Source: Eledone cirrhosa
Taxonomy: Eukaryota
DNA: 64,000 nt
Reading direction: 5' to 3'
Assembly (NCBI GenBank): GCA_964016885.1
Contig: OZ024740.1
Span: forward strand, 237,088,001 to 237,152,000
Position 1 is the stretch's first letter. Every line of letters begins with the position of its first letter. Under the pieces are notes generated by a model. That model did no database searches. It saw nothing but the letters and a program-made list of their open reading frames with translations, and was not told the origin of the DNA. Positions 24,748 through 38,370 of the stretch are shown piece by piece. Both the position numbers and the translations under genes were made by a program.

Positions 24748-25122
24748 CATCATCATCACCGTTTTACATCCATTCTTCCATGCTAGCATGGCTGACCTTG
24801 TCTTGCTCATACGGGACTGATTTTGGCTTGATTTCTACAGCTGGATGCCCTTCCTAACACCAACCTCATTTACAGTGTAGGCTGGGTTCTTTTTTGCCAT
24901 GGCACCTTCACGACCACTTTGCAGTGGGAGGGCGTGGTGGCATATGTCTATATGCTTCGGCTTATACCTTTGGAAAGTCAGGTATTCTGTATTACTGCAT
25001 GACGCAAGTGGTCACAGTCCTTTGTCATCACCTTTGAGAGGTGCACTTGGATAAGGTTGGCTTTTATCACCTCATCCTAGGTCTTGGCTCTCCCCACTCC
25101 ACGGCTCCCATTGACTCCACAG
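24748..25122 (-). mobile_element. RTE family B 3' fragment with internal deletions
   Basis: Reverse match to ~2815-3266 including the tail. Confidence 0.85.
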
Positions 25123-25499
25123 CTTATATATATATATATATCAGGATAGAATTAGTTTAAAACTAGTCAGACCATTACTTAAGAGAGTACTCAATACTTG
25201 GAGTAGTAGAGTATGACTATATTATAAAGAGCACAGCTGTCCGGTCCCGACTCTTTATAATATATATTATCATCACCACCATTTAACATCCATTTCTCCA
25301 TGCTAGAAAATATACATAGGTAAAAATGGAAAAGCACAGAAGTATATTTAATCTTATAGTATGAATAATTTTATAATTGTTACATTAAGTGGATTTAAAT
25401 GTTGTCAAATATTACAGGTTTTGATTGGTATAATCAAATATCAAAAATTAAAAAAAGTTTTTTCACATATTCTGTGAGCAGTTTGAACATATGTATATA

Positions 25500-25903
25500 T
25501 CATCATCGTCATCATCATTTTACGTCCGCTTTTCCCTGCCTTGCAAGGGTTGGACTTGTCCTGTTGTGGGCAGTGTCCGGTCGGCTGACCTTGTCTTGCT
25601 CATACGGGAACTGATTCTGGCTTGATTTCTACAGCTGGATGCCCTTCCTAACACCAACCTCATTTACAGTGAGTGCTGGGTGCTTTTTTTTCCGTGGCGC
25701 CTTCATGTCCACTTTACAGTGTGGGCTGGGTGCTTTTTTTGCCGTGGCACCTCCACGACCACTTTGTAGTGGAATGATAGGGACCCCAGTCCTATCATCT
25801 CATTTCTACAGCTAAGTAAACTGGAGCAATGTGAAATAAAGTGTCTTGCTCAAGGAAACAACAAGACACTTTATTTCACATTGCTCCAGTTTACTCAGCT
25901 GTA
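25500..25903 (-). mobile_element. 5'-truncated SINE (RTE-tailed family of 39133) with inverted 5' duplication
   Basis: Reverse match to ~39205-39470; 42-bp fold-back arms at 25807-25848 and 25862-25903. Confidence 0.88.
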
Positions 25904-26008
25904 TGTAAATACTAGTCTAATACCCAGCATTGGATGGAAAAAATTAAACATAAACAGAATATCTCATTTCATGCCCTAAAAGATAAATAAAATGAATAAT
26001 CAAAAGAC

Positions 26009-26227
26009 TTAACCCTTTAGCATTTAAACCGGCTGTATCCAACCAGAGTTCTCTCACAACTTTCTGTTCAAACCAGCCACTAATACTGACATTAAGGTAT
26101 TATTCTCAAAATAAATAACATCAAATTTTCATAGATTTGATATTATGTGAGGTAATTATGTAAGATAAAGCCTTTACCAAGAAAATACAATAGTCTATAT
26201 AGAGTAATGAAAATGCTAAAGGCTTAA
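26009..26227. mobile_element. piggyBac-type MITE, same family as 4711-4926
   Basis: TTAACCCTTTAGCATT ... AATGCTAAAGGCTTAA; collinear similarity to 4711-4926. Confidence 0.8.
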
Positions 26228-27545
26228 GTGACATTGACAGAAAATAACATATAAAGAAAATAACAAAAAAAATCAATTGGTGGGAGCACAAACAATAAAC
26301 TAATATAGATCATTTTTGGGGTTTTTTTTTCCAGTATACTATGGAAAGTATAGACATGTTCCAGTGTCAATAGTACAATAAATCTTTCTAACATGGGATC
26401 AAGGTCAGCAATTTGGGGGATGGAGAAAGACAACTTTATTGACCTCAGTGCTTTACTGGTACTTTATTTTATCAACCCTGGAAGAATGAAAGACAATGTT
26501 AACCATAGTAGGATTTGAACTCAGAACATAGAAATTTGTAAGTAAATACTGCAATATTGCCAATATTGCCAATCCACCACCTTTGAGTAGTACAATAATG
26601 TAAAGTTATGAATCAGCACATATTGGAGAAACACAACCATTTTGAAATGACAATCTTAATAATAAAAGTACTTTTTACATAAATATTTTTGTAGGAACTG
26701 AACTATATAAATAAATGTTCGTGTCAATTGAGTAATTTATGTTTTCTAGGAAATAGCTTGGTACATATTGGTTTCAATGATTGTTCATTGATTATTACAC
26801 ATGTTGCTAGTGGATAACGTTTTGATTAAACAGCAATGAGATTACCGTACATGTTGTAATCTAGTGCAATAGAGATTACATATACCAACATAATTTTTCT
26901 AGGAAGAATACTATACTAAAGATTCATTTTCATCCTTTGTTTTATGCCATAATGGTAAGTTCACTTGAATTTCCTACTCTGGCTAAAACTATATAAAGCT
27001 AACCACAAGAAAAGCATTTATTGTTTTATCAGTAAATACTGATCTTTGAATGAGGCAGCAAATTGGTAGAGTTGTTAGACTGTCAGCTAGAATGCTTTGT
27101 GGTACTTGTTCCAGCTTTCTGCACTTTGAGTTAAAATCCTACTGACATCAACTTTGCCTTTCCTCTCTTTGAAGTTGTTAAAAAAAGTACATGTTCAGTA
27201 CAGATTTTGATCCCCCTCCCCTATATCTCTTTCTCACTCATTCTCTATCATTCTATCTTCTTCTCTGGAAGAAATTGTCTGTATCCAGACCTGAAGAGGA
27301 TTTGGGCTCCACCAGGTTTTAAATGCCCAAGAAACACTCTTATGACTCCACCATCGAAAAACCTTTTGGCTTTGAGCTTTGTGGATTGTATGACTAAAGA
27401 AAAGTTTTACCAGAAATTGATACATTTCCAATTAGAATGACATTGCATGATTGCATGGTTTTACATATATTATTGGGTTAAATAAATATTTCCCTTTATG
27501 AGTACCAGAAGCAATAACATCATAAATATCTATATTGTTGTTACT

Positions 27546-27775
27546 TGAAACTGTCTCAAGCACACTTATCCCAGTTTCATGAGCATTAAGCAACTAAGAG
27601 TACAAGACTTTCCTCTGGACATGATGCCAGTCCATCACAAGGTTAACCCCCAGTTACTGCTGGTACTTGTTTTGAGCTGACAATGGGAAATTAAATGTTT
27701 TGGTCAAGAACACAATGCTCAACCCAGTCAAGGAATCGAACCCACAACATTATGATCATAAGTCCAACACCCAGG
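27546..27775 (-). mobile_element. Degenerate tRNA-derived SINE
   Basis: B-box GGTTCGATTCC on the minus strand (~27731-27742) followed by a conserved-body-like GATGGACTGGCATC segment. Confidence 0.6.
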
Positions 27776-28590
27776 GTCTTAATAACATATGTTATCCCAT
27801 TGCAATGACCGTGTACTGCATCTAAATTTCAATAAAGTACCATGCTCTTACTTTCTTTGAAGCATTCTGAAACAAATCATATTTAAAAATTCAGTTGGTT
27901 ATTATTAGAGGCTGTGACATTGCTTGAATTTTCTTTGATTCAACTTGGAAAGAGTTTATCATGATATCATTCATTTTATTAACCCTTGACAACCTGCATC
28001 ACTATGAAACCACATTAGCAAGGCATTCCACAAAACAAAACTATGGCTACATCACATTAAAATTTAAAGTCATTACTTTAATAATGCAACTTTTACTGTG
28101 ACCTGTCCATTAACAAAGATACTATAAACATTTGAATTAATAGACCCTTTGTTTTTTTTGTTTGTTTCGGTTTATTGTTTTTTTTTAGATATTTAGCTTG
28201 ATCCTTGCAGGATGTTAACAGTTAATGCCACAAGATCACATGACTAATCCATAGATATATAGTTTTTCTAGAAGTCTGCAAAAATATAGCCCCAAAAGCA
28301 TTTTAGAGTTTGTACAGGAATCACAAGATTATTTGGGAACTTCAATTAACCTTGACTGTATGACTTTTTTCATCACCGATTATTGGCAAAAGTTTCTTAA
28401 ACTTTGTGAAAATGTACATATTTTTGGAGAATCACATGACTTAAATTTTTTCCCAAAGTTAAGAAACATTTATTAATTACTTCTGCTTGATCTCCATAGG
28501 AAAATTTGGCCCCAGTCACCAGAAAACACTATCATAATTCCCCCTAAAAGTTTGTGAGTTTCATGATTAACACAGCATGTGCACTCTGTT

Positions 28591-29292
28591 ACAATAATAA
28601 TAATAATGAAATTATTGTAAACAGTGCTCAGGTGCACTACAACTCATCGAAGGTGCATGTATAGTACATAGAATAATGTACAAATGTCAGGAAAGTGAAC
28701 AGTGTATGAGTCATGATATACATGTGTGCGTGTGTATGGAGGGGGGATATCAAGTGTAGTATTGGCGAATTTCAGGAAACATGGAGGTTTTAAAGGATGC
28801 AGTGTCTCGGCAGCTAACAACTGATACAGGTAGTTTGTTCCATTCTTCTGCAACTCTGAACAAGAAAAAATGTTTCCGAATGTCATGGGAGCTGTGCTGT
28901 TTTCTGACTTTGTAGGCATGCTCATGTGTGTTAAACACATGGAATTCAAAAAGGTGCTCAGGGTTGTTGTTGGTAAGATGGTTAATAATTTTGTGGGTGT
29001 TTACCAAGTCAGTTGCCAGACGCCAGAGCTTCAATGTATCCATGCCTAGGGAAGCAAGGCATTCAGAGTATGGTAGATGCCTGATGGAGGGTATTTGCTT
29101 GGTTGCACATCTCTAAACAGTTTCCAGGCAGTCAATGTTCTGATCACGATAGGGGTTCAAGACTGGTGATGCAAATTCCAAGTGTGGCCGCACCATAGCC
29201 AAATACAGCTTTAAATAGATAGCTGGAGAGCGGCTGACAAAGGTCTTGCTGAGTGATACCAAGACACCCTCGACCTTCTTGACAATTTTAGT
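28591..29292 (-). mobile_element. CR1/L2-type LINE 3' end with (ATT)n tail
   Basis: LAMVRPHLEFASPVLNPY..; RKHFFLFRVAEEWNKLP; the 3' UTR matches 58782-59202 and 46745-46922. Confidence 0.88.
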
Positions 29293-30202
29293 GTTTTGTC
29301 CAATGGAAATTGCTTGACAGTAATACCTTCCTGTTAGCGATAGTGATTTCACCTATGACAACAAAACTTATTTGGTTTATTAGCTGACCTGTCGACCTTT
29401 TAAAAATATATTGCAATTTCAATACCCAGTTAATTTTAAGAACACAAATATACAGTTTGACCACTAAGAAGTATTACAGCAATTCCTGCTGTTACTGTTG
29501 TAAGAGCAATCTTTTTTCATAGCACATCCTAGCATATATTGCTAACAAAAAGAAGTTTTTGTTGCTTCTTTCCAAAATGTTGAGACCAATGAGTTATCTA
29601 TATGTTTCTATGATAGATATGACATATGGTATGCTGCTCTGTATTCAGGACTGTTGGAATGTTGGATTCTATTATATATATAGCCCTTTTGTATTTCATT
29701 CCATTGCTTTTCTTATAAGAATTGGTTCATGAGATCCAACTATGCTAAGAGTAAGGTAGGGAAGATTAAAATATTTTCTAATATCAAAGCTGTTATATTC
29801 TATGAGTAAAATCTTTGATATTGATATTACAATCTTCAAAAGCACTTTATTAGACGTTAGGAGGCTGAATCTTTTTAATGAATTACTTCCCTTGACACTA
29901 TATTATGTATTAAGGGGAGATTACTTTATCGGTGACTTCTGTTGCCCACAGCGCCAAGAGGATTAAGAACTCTATCAGTTGACTCTTGCACTTTACCATG
30001 ATGCATCTTGTCTTCACTTAAATTATGGGAGTGAAGATTTCAGAAAGCTACACCATTAGACGATCTAATATGTATGTTCTTCTGGTTTAATTATTTTATA
30101 AGCTTTCAGCAATAGAGAGCCAGTTTCTAACATAGACACAAGACTCTTTCATTGGAATTTAGACATCAACTAGGTAAATACATGTGTACGTCTGTGTGTG
30201 TA

Positions 30203-30251
<49 letters not shown>

Positions 30252-30579
30252 ACGCAGGTATGGATGTTATTGTATGTGTGGATCAGCATATTTTGAATTA
30301 TGTGTACACATGCATATATTTCTGTGTCTATACATATGTATATGCAGCTATTAGATGCAAAATTTCTTAAATGTTTTACATATTCTTACAATTCCATGAA
30401 TAGAACTTCCTAACTAGCCATGCTCTTTCTGGATCTGTGAAGCCCAGCTTCATAAGATTTGTTAGCTATCTTATGTGTATATCATCATTTTAATGCCCGC
30501 TTTCCCTGCTAGCAATATATATATATTTATATATGTATAATATGTACGTATGTATGTATGTGTGTTTGTATGTACAATA

Positions 30580-30921
30580 GTACTTTTCTTTTTTCTCCTG
30601 GGAGTGAAAGCCCCTGATTGGTTGTCACAACACCTTTCTAGGAGAGGGAAACTGTAAAAAAAAACCTGTGGCTTCGGAAGCATCCGATGATGTTGACCAG
30701 TTCTCCTTTTCGGGTAGTGTTTTCGATGCTTAGAGAGTGGGATTGGTCGAGTCCAAGGCCTTTCCCCACTTAAAAAACATTCAGAGCACAGGCATTGTTT
30801 GTTCAGGATATGTTACAGGTTTGTGCGATTGGCCATAGCCTAAAAGTGCATCAAACTCTATAATCCTCCAAGCAATTGCAGTACTCTTTGCAGAGTTTGC
30901 AGCCATCATGTATGTATGTAT
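30580..30921 (+). mobile_element. Non-coding interspersed element ending in GCAGCCATC(ATGT)n; probable non-autonomous retroelement
   Basis: Shares AGAGAGTGGGA.TGG..GCCTTT..CACT.AAAAA..GCACAGGCATTG and the terminus with 38049-38370 (minus). Confidence 0.55.
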
Positions 30922-31838
30922 GAATATGTGTGTGTGTGATGTGTCTATTTGTCTGTGTGTATGTGTGTATGCATGTATGTGTATGTCTATGTCCATAGCT
31001 GGATAATCCATTGTTACAATGTAACTATTATTTGTACCATAACATATCTCTTCCTAATTTTTTTTTTATTTCCCCTTCATATATTACTTGTTGAAATCAT
31101 TATCACCATCATTGCTTTATGTCCAGTTATCATGCTTGTATTTATTGCATGAACTTTTACAGACCGCAGCAGTTTCTGTTTGGATTTACTCCTTGTACAT
31201 TTCATTTTGGAGATGTATTTTTTAGGCTATCATGAAAAGGATGATAGATTTTTTTACTATAATTTTTCTCGATTGCCTCACTAGCCTGATTAGCACATTT
31301 TCAATAATAAACCACTTCATTCCATTCCTAAGAACTTTTTATTCCCTTCTTTGTAAATATTGTATCATACTTTTTTATGCACCATTTTTACATTTTAATT
31401 TTATACACGGGTAGGGAAATAAATGATAAGCAAAAAGAAAAAAAAAAGCTAGAGGCTTTCCTAATAACTTTATGGTGTGTACTGAGTACATTTTATCATG
31501 GAAATAGCTTAAATATTATATGAAGGTGAACTAAAGAACATTTCACATAGTGATGTAACAACACCTTTCTAGGAGAGGGAAACTGCATGACAAACCTGGG
31601 TGACAAAATCAGCAGTGGTGGAGGGTGCTCTGAAAGTACAGTAGCTAGAGTCAGAACGGGATGGAAAAAGTTCAGAGAACTTATACCACTATTGGCCACT
31701 AAAGGGTTCTCTAACACAATTAGGACTTAAATTGTAACAATGTAATATACCGTTAATGAATAAGTATACCTTACTCTGCATTTTGGCATTGAGTCTTCTT
31801 TTGCTTAATGCTGCCTTTATACACACACACACACATAT

Positions 31839-31925
<87 letters not shown>

Positions 31926-31928
<3 letters not shown>

Positions 31929-33658
31929 CGCAACTAATCAGAGAGCGAATTGATCTAGATGAAATGTAGTTCGGGTTTGTATCAGGTAAAAGTACCACAG
32001 ACGCTCTTTTCATTGTACGACAACTACAGAAGTATCTAGCTAAAAGTAAACCCCTATACTTAGCTTTTGTTGACTTGGAGAAAGCCTTTGACAGAGTCCC
32101 CCACTCCATTATCTGGTGGGCTCTTAGAAAACTAGGTGTTGATGAATGGCTTGTGAGAGCTATACAAGCCATGTATAAAGAAACAGTCAGCAAGGTTAGA
32201 ATTAACAACGAATATAGTGAAGAGTTTAGTGTAAAAGTTGGTGTTCATCTGGGCTCTGTCCTTTATTGCCCTTCAGGCTATAACAGAGGAGTTCAATACC
32301 GGCTGCCCATGGGAACTCCTATATGCAGATGATCTAACACTCATAGCTGAATCAATGGCTGAACTAGAGAAGAAATTCCAAACATGGAAGCATGGCCTAG
32401 AATCAAAAGGCATTAAAATTAACCTGTCTAAGACTAAAGTTCTAGTTTGTAGGAAGGAAAATAGGGCACTGGTCCCATCTGGGAAATGGCCATGCTCAGT
32501 GTGTAGGAAAGGAGTAGGCAGAAACTCCATTTTATGTCCCAAATGCAAAGTATGGGTGCATAAAAGATGTAGTGGGATCACCGGTAAGCTAACTAAGAAT
32601 ATAGATTTTATATGTGGCCGGTGCTCAGGTGCAATAAGTAGCAGCAAGTGCCCACAAAATACTAGCTCTTACAACTGCGCAGAGGGCTCTATAGAAATAG
32701 TGGACACCTTCCGTTACCTGGGTGACAAAATCAGCAGTGGTGGAGGGTGCTCTGAAAGTACAGTAGCTAGAGTCAGAACGGGATGGAAAAAGTTCAGAGA
32801 ACTTATACCACTATTGTCCGCTAAAGGGTTCTCTCTAAAAATGAAAGGTAGGTTGTTTGATGCCTGAATGCGAACAGCAATGTTACATGGCAGTGAGACC
32901 TGGGCATTGTGTGCAGAGGATTATACGCAGACTGGAGAGGAATGAAGCTTGCATGCTCCGTTGGATGTGTAATAGTAATATACGTGAACGGCAAAGCATA
33001 AATGAACTAAGGGAGAAATTAGGAATAAGAGGGATCAGATGTTGTTTACTCGAGAGAAGGCTACGTTGGTATGGTCACGTGATGCACAGGAAAGACGACA
33101 GCTGTATAAAAAAGTGCAGGGCGATAAAAATAGACGGTAGCCACGGAGTAGGCAGACCCAGAAAAACCTGGGACGACTTGATAAATTCCGACCTCACACA
33201 CTTACACCTCTCCAAGACAATGTCACTGGACCGAGATCTTTGGCGTTACACAGTAATACAGAAGACCCGCCTTGCCTAAGTACAAAGCGAAACCTACAGT
33301 CAGTAGGCACCTCTTAACAAAAATACACCCTGTCCCACTACCCCCACCCCACCAATACCACCCCTTTCGATGTAAAGTTATGTTGGTACCACAACATCCA
33401 GTCCGAAATAAATGAGGTCGTGTAGGTGTCACGACAAAAAAAAACACAGTCCACGCTGTAATGTGGCCGTCTAGGTAACACGGTAAAAAACCTCCCAGTC
33501 CACACTGTAAACGTCGTTGGTGTTAGGAAGGGCATCCAGCCGTAGAAAACCCGCCAGACAGTCCTATACAAGCAAGACAACCAATCTTGCCTCAAGTGGG
33601 AAAATTCCCATCCAAACCCATGCAAGCATGGAAGATAGACGTTAAACGATGATGATGA

Positions 33659-33662
<4 letters not shown>
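31926..33662 (+). mobile_element. RTE family A, 5'-truncated, frameshifted
   Basis: DLEKAFDRVP, LYADD, complete PHD, RRLRWYGHV, 3' UTR and (ATG)n tail; sits between long (TA)n tracts. Confidence 0.95.
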
Positions 33663-33720
<58 letters not shown>

Positions 33721-34469
33721 ATATATATATATATTCTCATAATATACGTAACATACATATAATAATTATGATTCCATTATCTTTAGCTAAATGAACCATT
33801 CATAGTTCTACCATTGTCTCAATACATATCTTTACTTCATTCAGCTTCCAAACTTCTCAAGATGAATTTTCTTTGGAATACCAAGATTCTTTACAATTGA
33901 TCTTGTCTGTTAATGATTGTGAGAAGATAAAATCTGAAAAGCATCAGAGGAAGGCAGGGGATTATTTTACTCCCAGAAAATAAATGGTGAAATATGTTAT
34001 TATGAGCATAAGTACTTTGAAAATGAAGCAGATATTTTCTGTCTATTTTCAGAAAAATCAATTTCCTGTTATGGAAAATGTTCTCATCCAATCATTAGAG
34101 CTGGAAATATACCATGAAAGTGAACACAACAAAGTCCTCACCTATACTGGCTGATCAAACATTTTCGTATCTACCTGCTTACGTGCCAGCTAAGCTTGAG
34201 CAGCTATAAAATCAAATAAAATTAAACGTGATAGAGATGTGTTTTAATTTTCATTGTCTTACAATCAACATGGATGTTAGTGTTAGCATCAATAGTCTGG
34301 CATTGTATATATTATCATTATCTTAATCATCATCACCATCACCATTATCATCACCATGAATGTCATCAACATCAATACCATCACCACTACAACCACTATC
34401 AGTACCACACGCACCCTGTTCACCACAGGCACCAGCAACAGCAGCAGCAGTAACAACACCACGACCACA

Positions 34470-34840
34470 ACACTTCATAACAACAGTACCACATCTGATA
34501 ACACCACTACCACATCTGATAACACCACTGCAACAGTTGATAACAACACTACCACATTTGATAACACCACTACCACATCTGATAACACCACTATAATGTC
34601 TGATAACAACACTACAACACTTGATAACAACACTACCACATTTGATAACACCACTACAACACTTCATAACAATACTACAACATTTGATAACAACACTACA
34701 GCACTTGATAACAACACTACCACATCTGATAACACCACTACCACATCTGATAACACCACTGCAACAGTTGATAACACCACTACAACATTTGATAACAGAA
34801 CCATATTTCATCCAATAATGACTCTACAACATTTGATAAC
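34470..34840. repeat. 21-bp minisatellite (TTGATAACAMCACTACMACAT)
   Basis: About 17 degenerate tandem units giving heptad-periodic ORFs. Confidence 0.9.
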
Positions 34841-35419
34841 TATGGGCCATTAACTGCCTGTGGTGTTATAGAGACACCGTTCTGACCCACAGCATGACTT
34901 GGTAATTTTAGACATGGCAGAACTCATCCCTTTCCAGGCTGGAACACAGCTGGTTTCTTCCAAAAGAATGAAAAAGAGAAATAAAGTGATAAAGATAGAT
35001 AGAGGAAGACCAAACCCCAGTACTAAACTGGTACTTTATTTATCAACCTCCAACTTATAGTTTCTGATTTAGGCACAAGGTCAACAACTTTGGGGGAGGG
35101 AAAGTTGCCTAAACCAGCCCCAATGCATTATTGGTGCTTTATTTTACTGGCCCCATTAGGATAAAAGACAAAGCTAACATTGGTGGGATGTGAACTCAGA
35201 ACATAAAGGGCCGTAACTCTATGTCACAAAGCATGTTGTCCAATGCTCTACCAATACTGTCAATCTACTGTCCTTATCAACCTCAAAATAATGAAAAGCA
35301 ATGTTAACTCCAACAAGATTTGAACTCTGAGTACAATGAGTCAGAACAAATACTGAGGCATTTGAAATCTACCCCGCTAATAATTCTGTCATTTTGATAC
35401 CATTCTATAATTCATCCAA

Positions 35420-36016
35420 TAATACTACTAGTACACAGGATAACACCAATACTTCATTTAATAACACCACTTGAACACCTCATAATACCAACAGAACTAA
35501 ACAACCCTGCCAGAACACTTAATGACACCAGAAAAATACCTGATAACACCACTAAAACTCTTCATAACATCACCAGAACACCTGATAATACTACTAGAAT
35601 ACAGGATAACACCACAAGAACATGTGATAATACCACCAGAACATGATATAACACCACCAGAACATGTGATAAAACCACCAGAACACTTGATAACACCACC
35701 AGAACATGATATAAAGCCACCAAAACACTTCATAACACCACCAGAATACCTGATCCAGAACATGTGATAAAACCACCAGAACACTTGATAACACCACCAG
35801 AACATGTGATAAAACCACCAGAACACTTGATAACACCACCAGAACATGTGATAAAACCACTAGAACATGTGATAACACCACCAGAACATGTGATAAAACC
35901 ACTAGAACATGTGATAACACCACCAGAACATGTGATAAAACCACTAGAACATGTGATAACACCACCAGAACATGTGATAAAACCACTAGAACATGTGATA
36001 ACACCACCAGAACACT
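35420..36016. repeat. 21-bp minisatellite (AACACCACCAGAACATGTGAT) with 42-bp higher-order dimer at its 3' end
   Basis: Tandem units with increasing homogeneity toward 36016. Confidence 0.92.
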
Positions 36017-36140
36017 AAAAAGAGGGCATCTGTGGTGCTCCTCCTTGGCATGAAACCGAATCGAATCTCATCTAATTTAACTCTTTCCTTAATTAGTTGT
36101 ACTAATTAGTTGTATTTGTCACTTTCGTAATTTGATCCAT

Positions 36141-36143
<3 letters not shown>

Positions 36144-36228
<85 letters not shown>
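36144..36228. repeat. (TG)n microsatellite
   Basis: Direct inspection. Other simple repeats include (TA)n at 1897-1942, 5439-5486, 14457-14498, 31855-31926 and 33661-33708, (CT)n at 16174-16213, and (GAT)n-rich 40600-40730. Confidence 0.98.
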
Positions 36229-36232
<4 letters not shown>

Positions 36233-36789
36233 CCAATGCATACCTCTGGTCATGAATTTTGGGTAATGACCAAAAGAATACAATTGCAAATACAAGTCTT
36301 TGGAGTAATGTTACACAATACAGTGTGTAGCTCGGAGATGAAGGAGTCACTCCAGATAGAACTGTTACTCCTCTGAATTGAGAGATCACACCTCTGATAC
36401 TATGGACATGTGGTGAAAATGTCTCAAGAAAGAATCGCTGGACATATTTTATGGGCAAAACCAGCCTGCAAGAGACCTAGGGGTAGACCCTGAGCAAGGT
36501 GGATGGATAACATTCATGAACTTAGCTGGTCTTGCTTGGGGGTCCAGCCAAATCAATTAGAGACAGTTGCTTCTGACAAGACTTGCTGGATGGCATATCT
36601 GAGGTCCCTGCCCCAACAACCCTCCCAGGAATAAGTGGGTAAAGAAGTTATATAAAGTACCAGTTAAGTACTGGAGTAGATTTAATCAACTTTCCCCTTC
36701 TTTTCAAATTGCTGGCTTTGAGCCAAATATAGAAACAATTATCATTATGGCAATTCTCAGTAAATTTAGAAACATTAAACCAGTAAATA

Positions 36790-38048
36790 AGAAATAAACA
36801 ACCACTAAAGCCTCTCAATCTCTCTTTCTCTAATATTGGTGGTATTTGCACCAGTTTCTCAAGTGTTGGAGTTTTTCTCTTGGAACGTTTTCCTGGTATC
36901 TTGGCGTTTTGTGAAACAAACTTACATTCTTCAAATTTTAGGAGTGACTTCTCTGTACTAAATTATTTACATCTGTGTTGAAAAGACTCTATGATTCATA
37001 TACTTGGTCTTGATGTTTTCCTTTGGAAAAAATCTTCCAATAGCCAGGAAACCCTCTTTTGAGTTTCCTGATGGTTCATTCGTGTTCTACTGACTTTCTT
37101 TGATTGATACACTCTGTTAGTTATCTCTTTTTTTTTTATTGCCCACACTAGATCTTGTAACTGTAGTATGTTTGATAAAATCTCAGACAGTATTTATAAG
37201 GCTCTTTCTTTACATCCTTCTGCAAATATCTTCGTGCTAGGTGACTTAAATGTTCATCACATTAACTGGATGACTCATTTTAACACTATTGACATTGCTG
37301 ATATACACACTTTCAACTTTTCAATTGCTCAATCACTCACATAAATTGTCAATTTTCCTACTTGTTTTCTCAATAATTCCGATCAACATGCTCATCCCTT
37401 GATCTATTTCTTACCCCTTCACTTGACTCTTGTCAAGTATCACAACACAGTCCTCTTGGCAATTCCGATCATGTTGTAGTGTCTGTTAACATTTCTCTTC
37501 ACTCGTCTATTAGTCTTGAGCTTCTAATTCATAAGATTTCTTTTTGTTACAACCGAGCTAGGATTTATCCTGTGATTTTTCTTTGTGATGCTCTTTCAAG
37601 TGATATCTTTAATCTTCCCACTGAAAATTATGCCACTGGGGTGAAAGCTGGCATTGATGCTTTTGTGCCATCTCATAAATACTAGGTGAAACCGCAATTA
37701 ACTTCTTGGTTTACACCTGCCTGTTGAGCTCTTCTTGCCCACAGAAATCACCTTTCCTGGCAATACCAATGTGATAGCTCTGATCATAACAAAATCCTAT
37801 TTGTGACTGCTTGAAACAGCTGTAAACATGTCCTGAATGAGGTCAAGTTTTTGTTTACTGACATAATGAGAGATCGTATTGTTTCAATAAAGTTCAGCTT
37901 CTTGTTTTCCTGGCCACTACAATTTGCAAAAATTCAAAAGCAACATCAGTTTTAATCTTTTCTCTCATTGTTCTCTTTGACTTGTTCTTCTCCTTTTTCA
38001 GTAAACCCTTGTATTTTTGTGGCTTTATTGCCTTGCTTGGGGTGAGTA
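36790..38048 (+). mobile_element. Old LINE remnant (CR1/Jockey-like APE region joined to a 3' end)
   Basis: FVLGDLNVHHINW (~37231) and SPLGNSDHVVVSV (~37450) APE motifs with stops. Confidence 0.7.
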
Positions 38049-38370
38049 ATACATACATGGTGGCTGCCAACTCGTTTTCGAGTACGGCCACTACTTTATA
38101 TCCATGTAGGCTAACCTCTACCGATGCGCTGAACGAGTGTGACTTTTTAGTCCAGCCAGCGACTTGAAAACTCTGGTACAAACACTACACTTGTGACAAT
38201 TACTGACACATAGTGCTGGGCCCATGGTACCATGTGACGACAAGTGCAGAGAGATCTCCAGATATAAAGCAATGCCTGTGCCGTGAAGTTTTTATAGTGA
38301 GCAAAGGCACTGCACAAAGCCAGTCCCACTCTCTTAACCAAGATGATATTTCCCAAAAAGAAGAACAATA
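38049..38370 (-). mobile_element. Second copy of the non-coding element family at 30580
   Basis: Reverse-strand shared blocks and GGCAGCCACCATGTATGT terminus. Confidence 0.5.

Noticed and set aside
27291-27345. Hammerhead-like CTGAAGA...GAAAC
   Set aside because: No G-C pair closing stem II, and no convincing stems I/III.
34323-36018. Cys-, Thr- or His-rich repeat protein ORFs
   Set aside because: By-products of 21-bp minisatellites open in several frames on both strands; no splice or start support.
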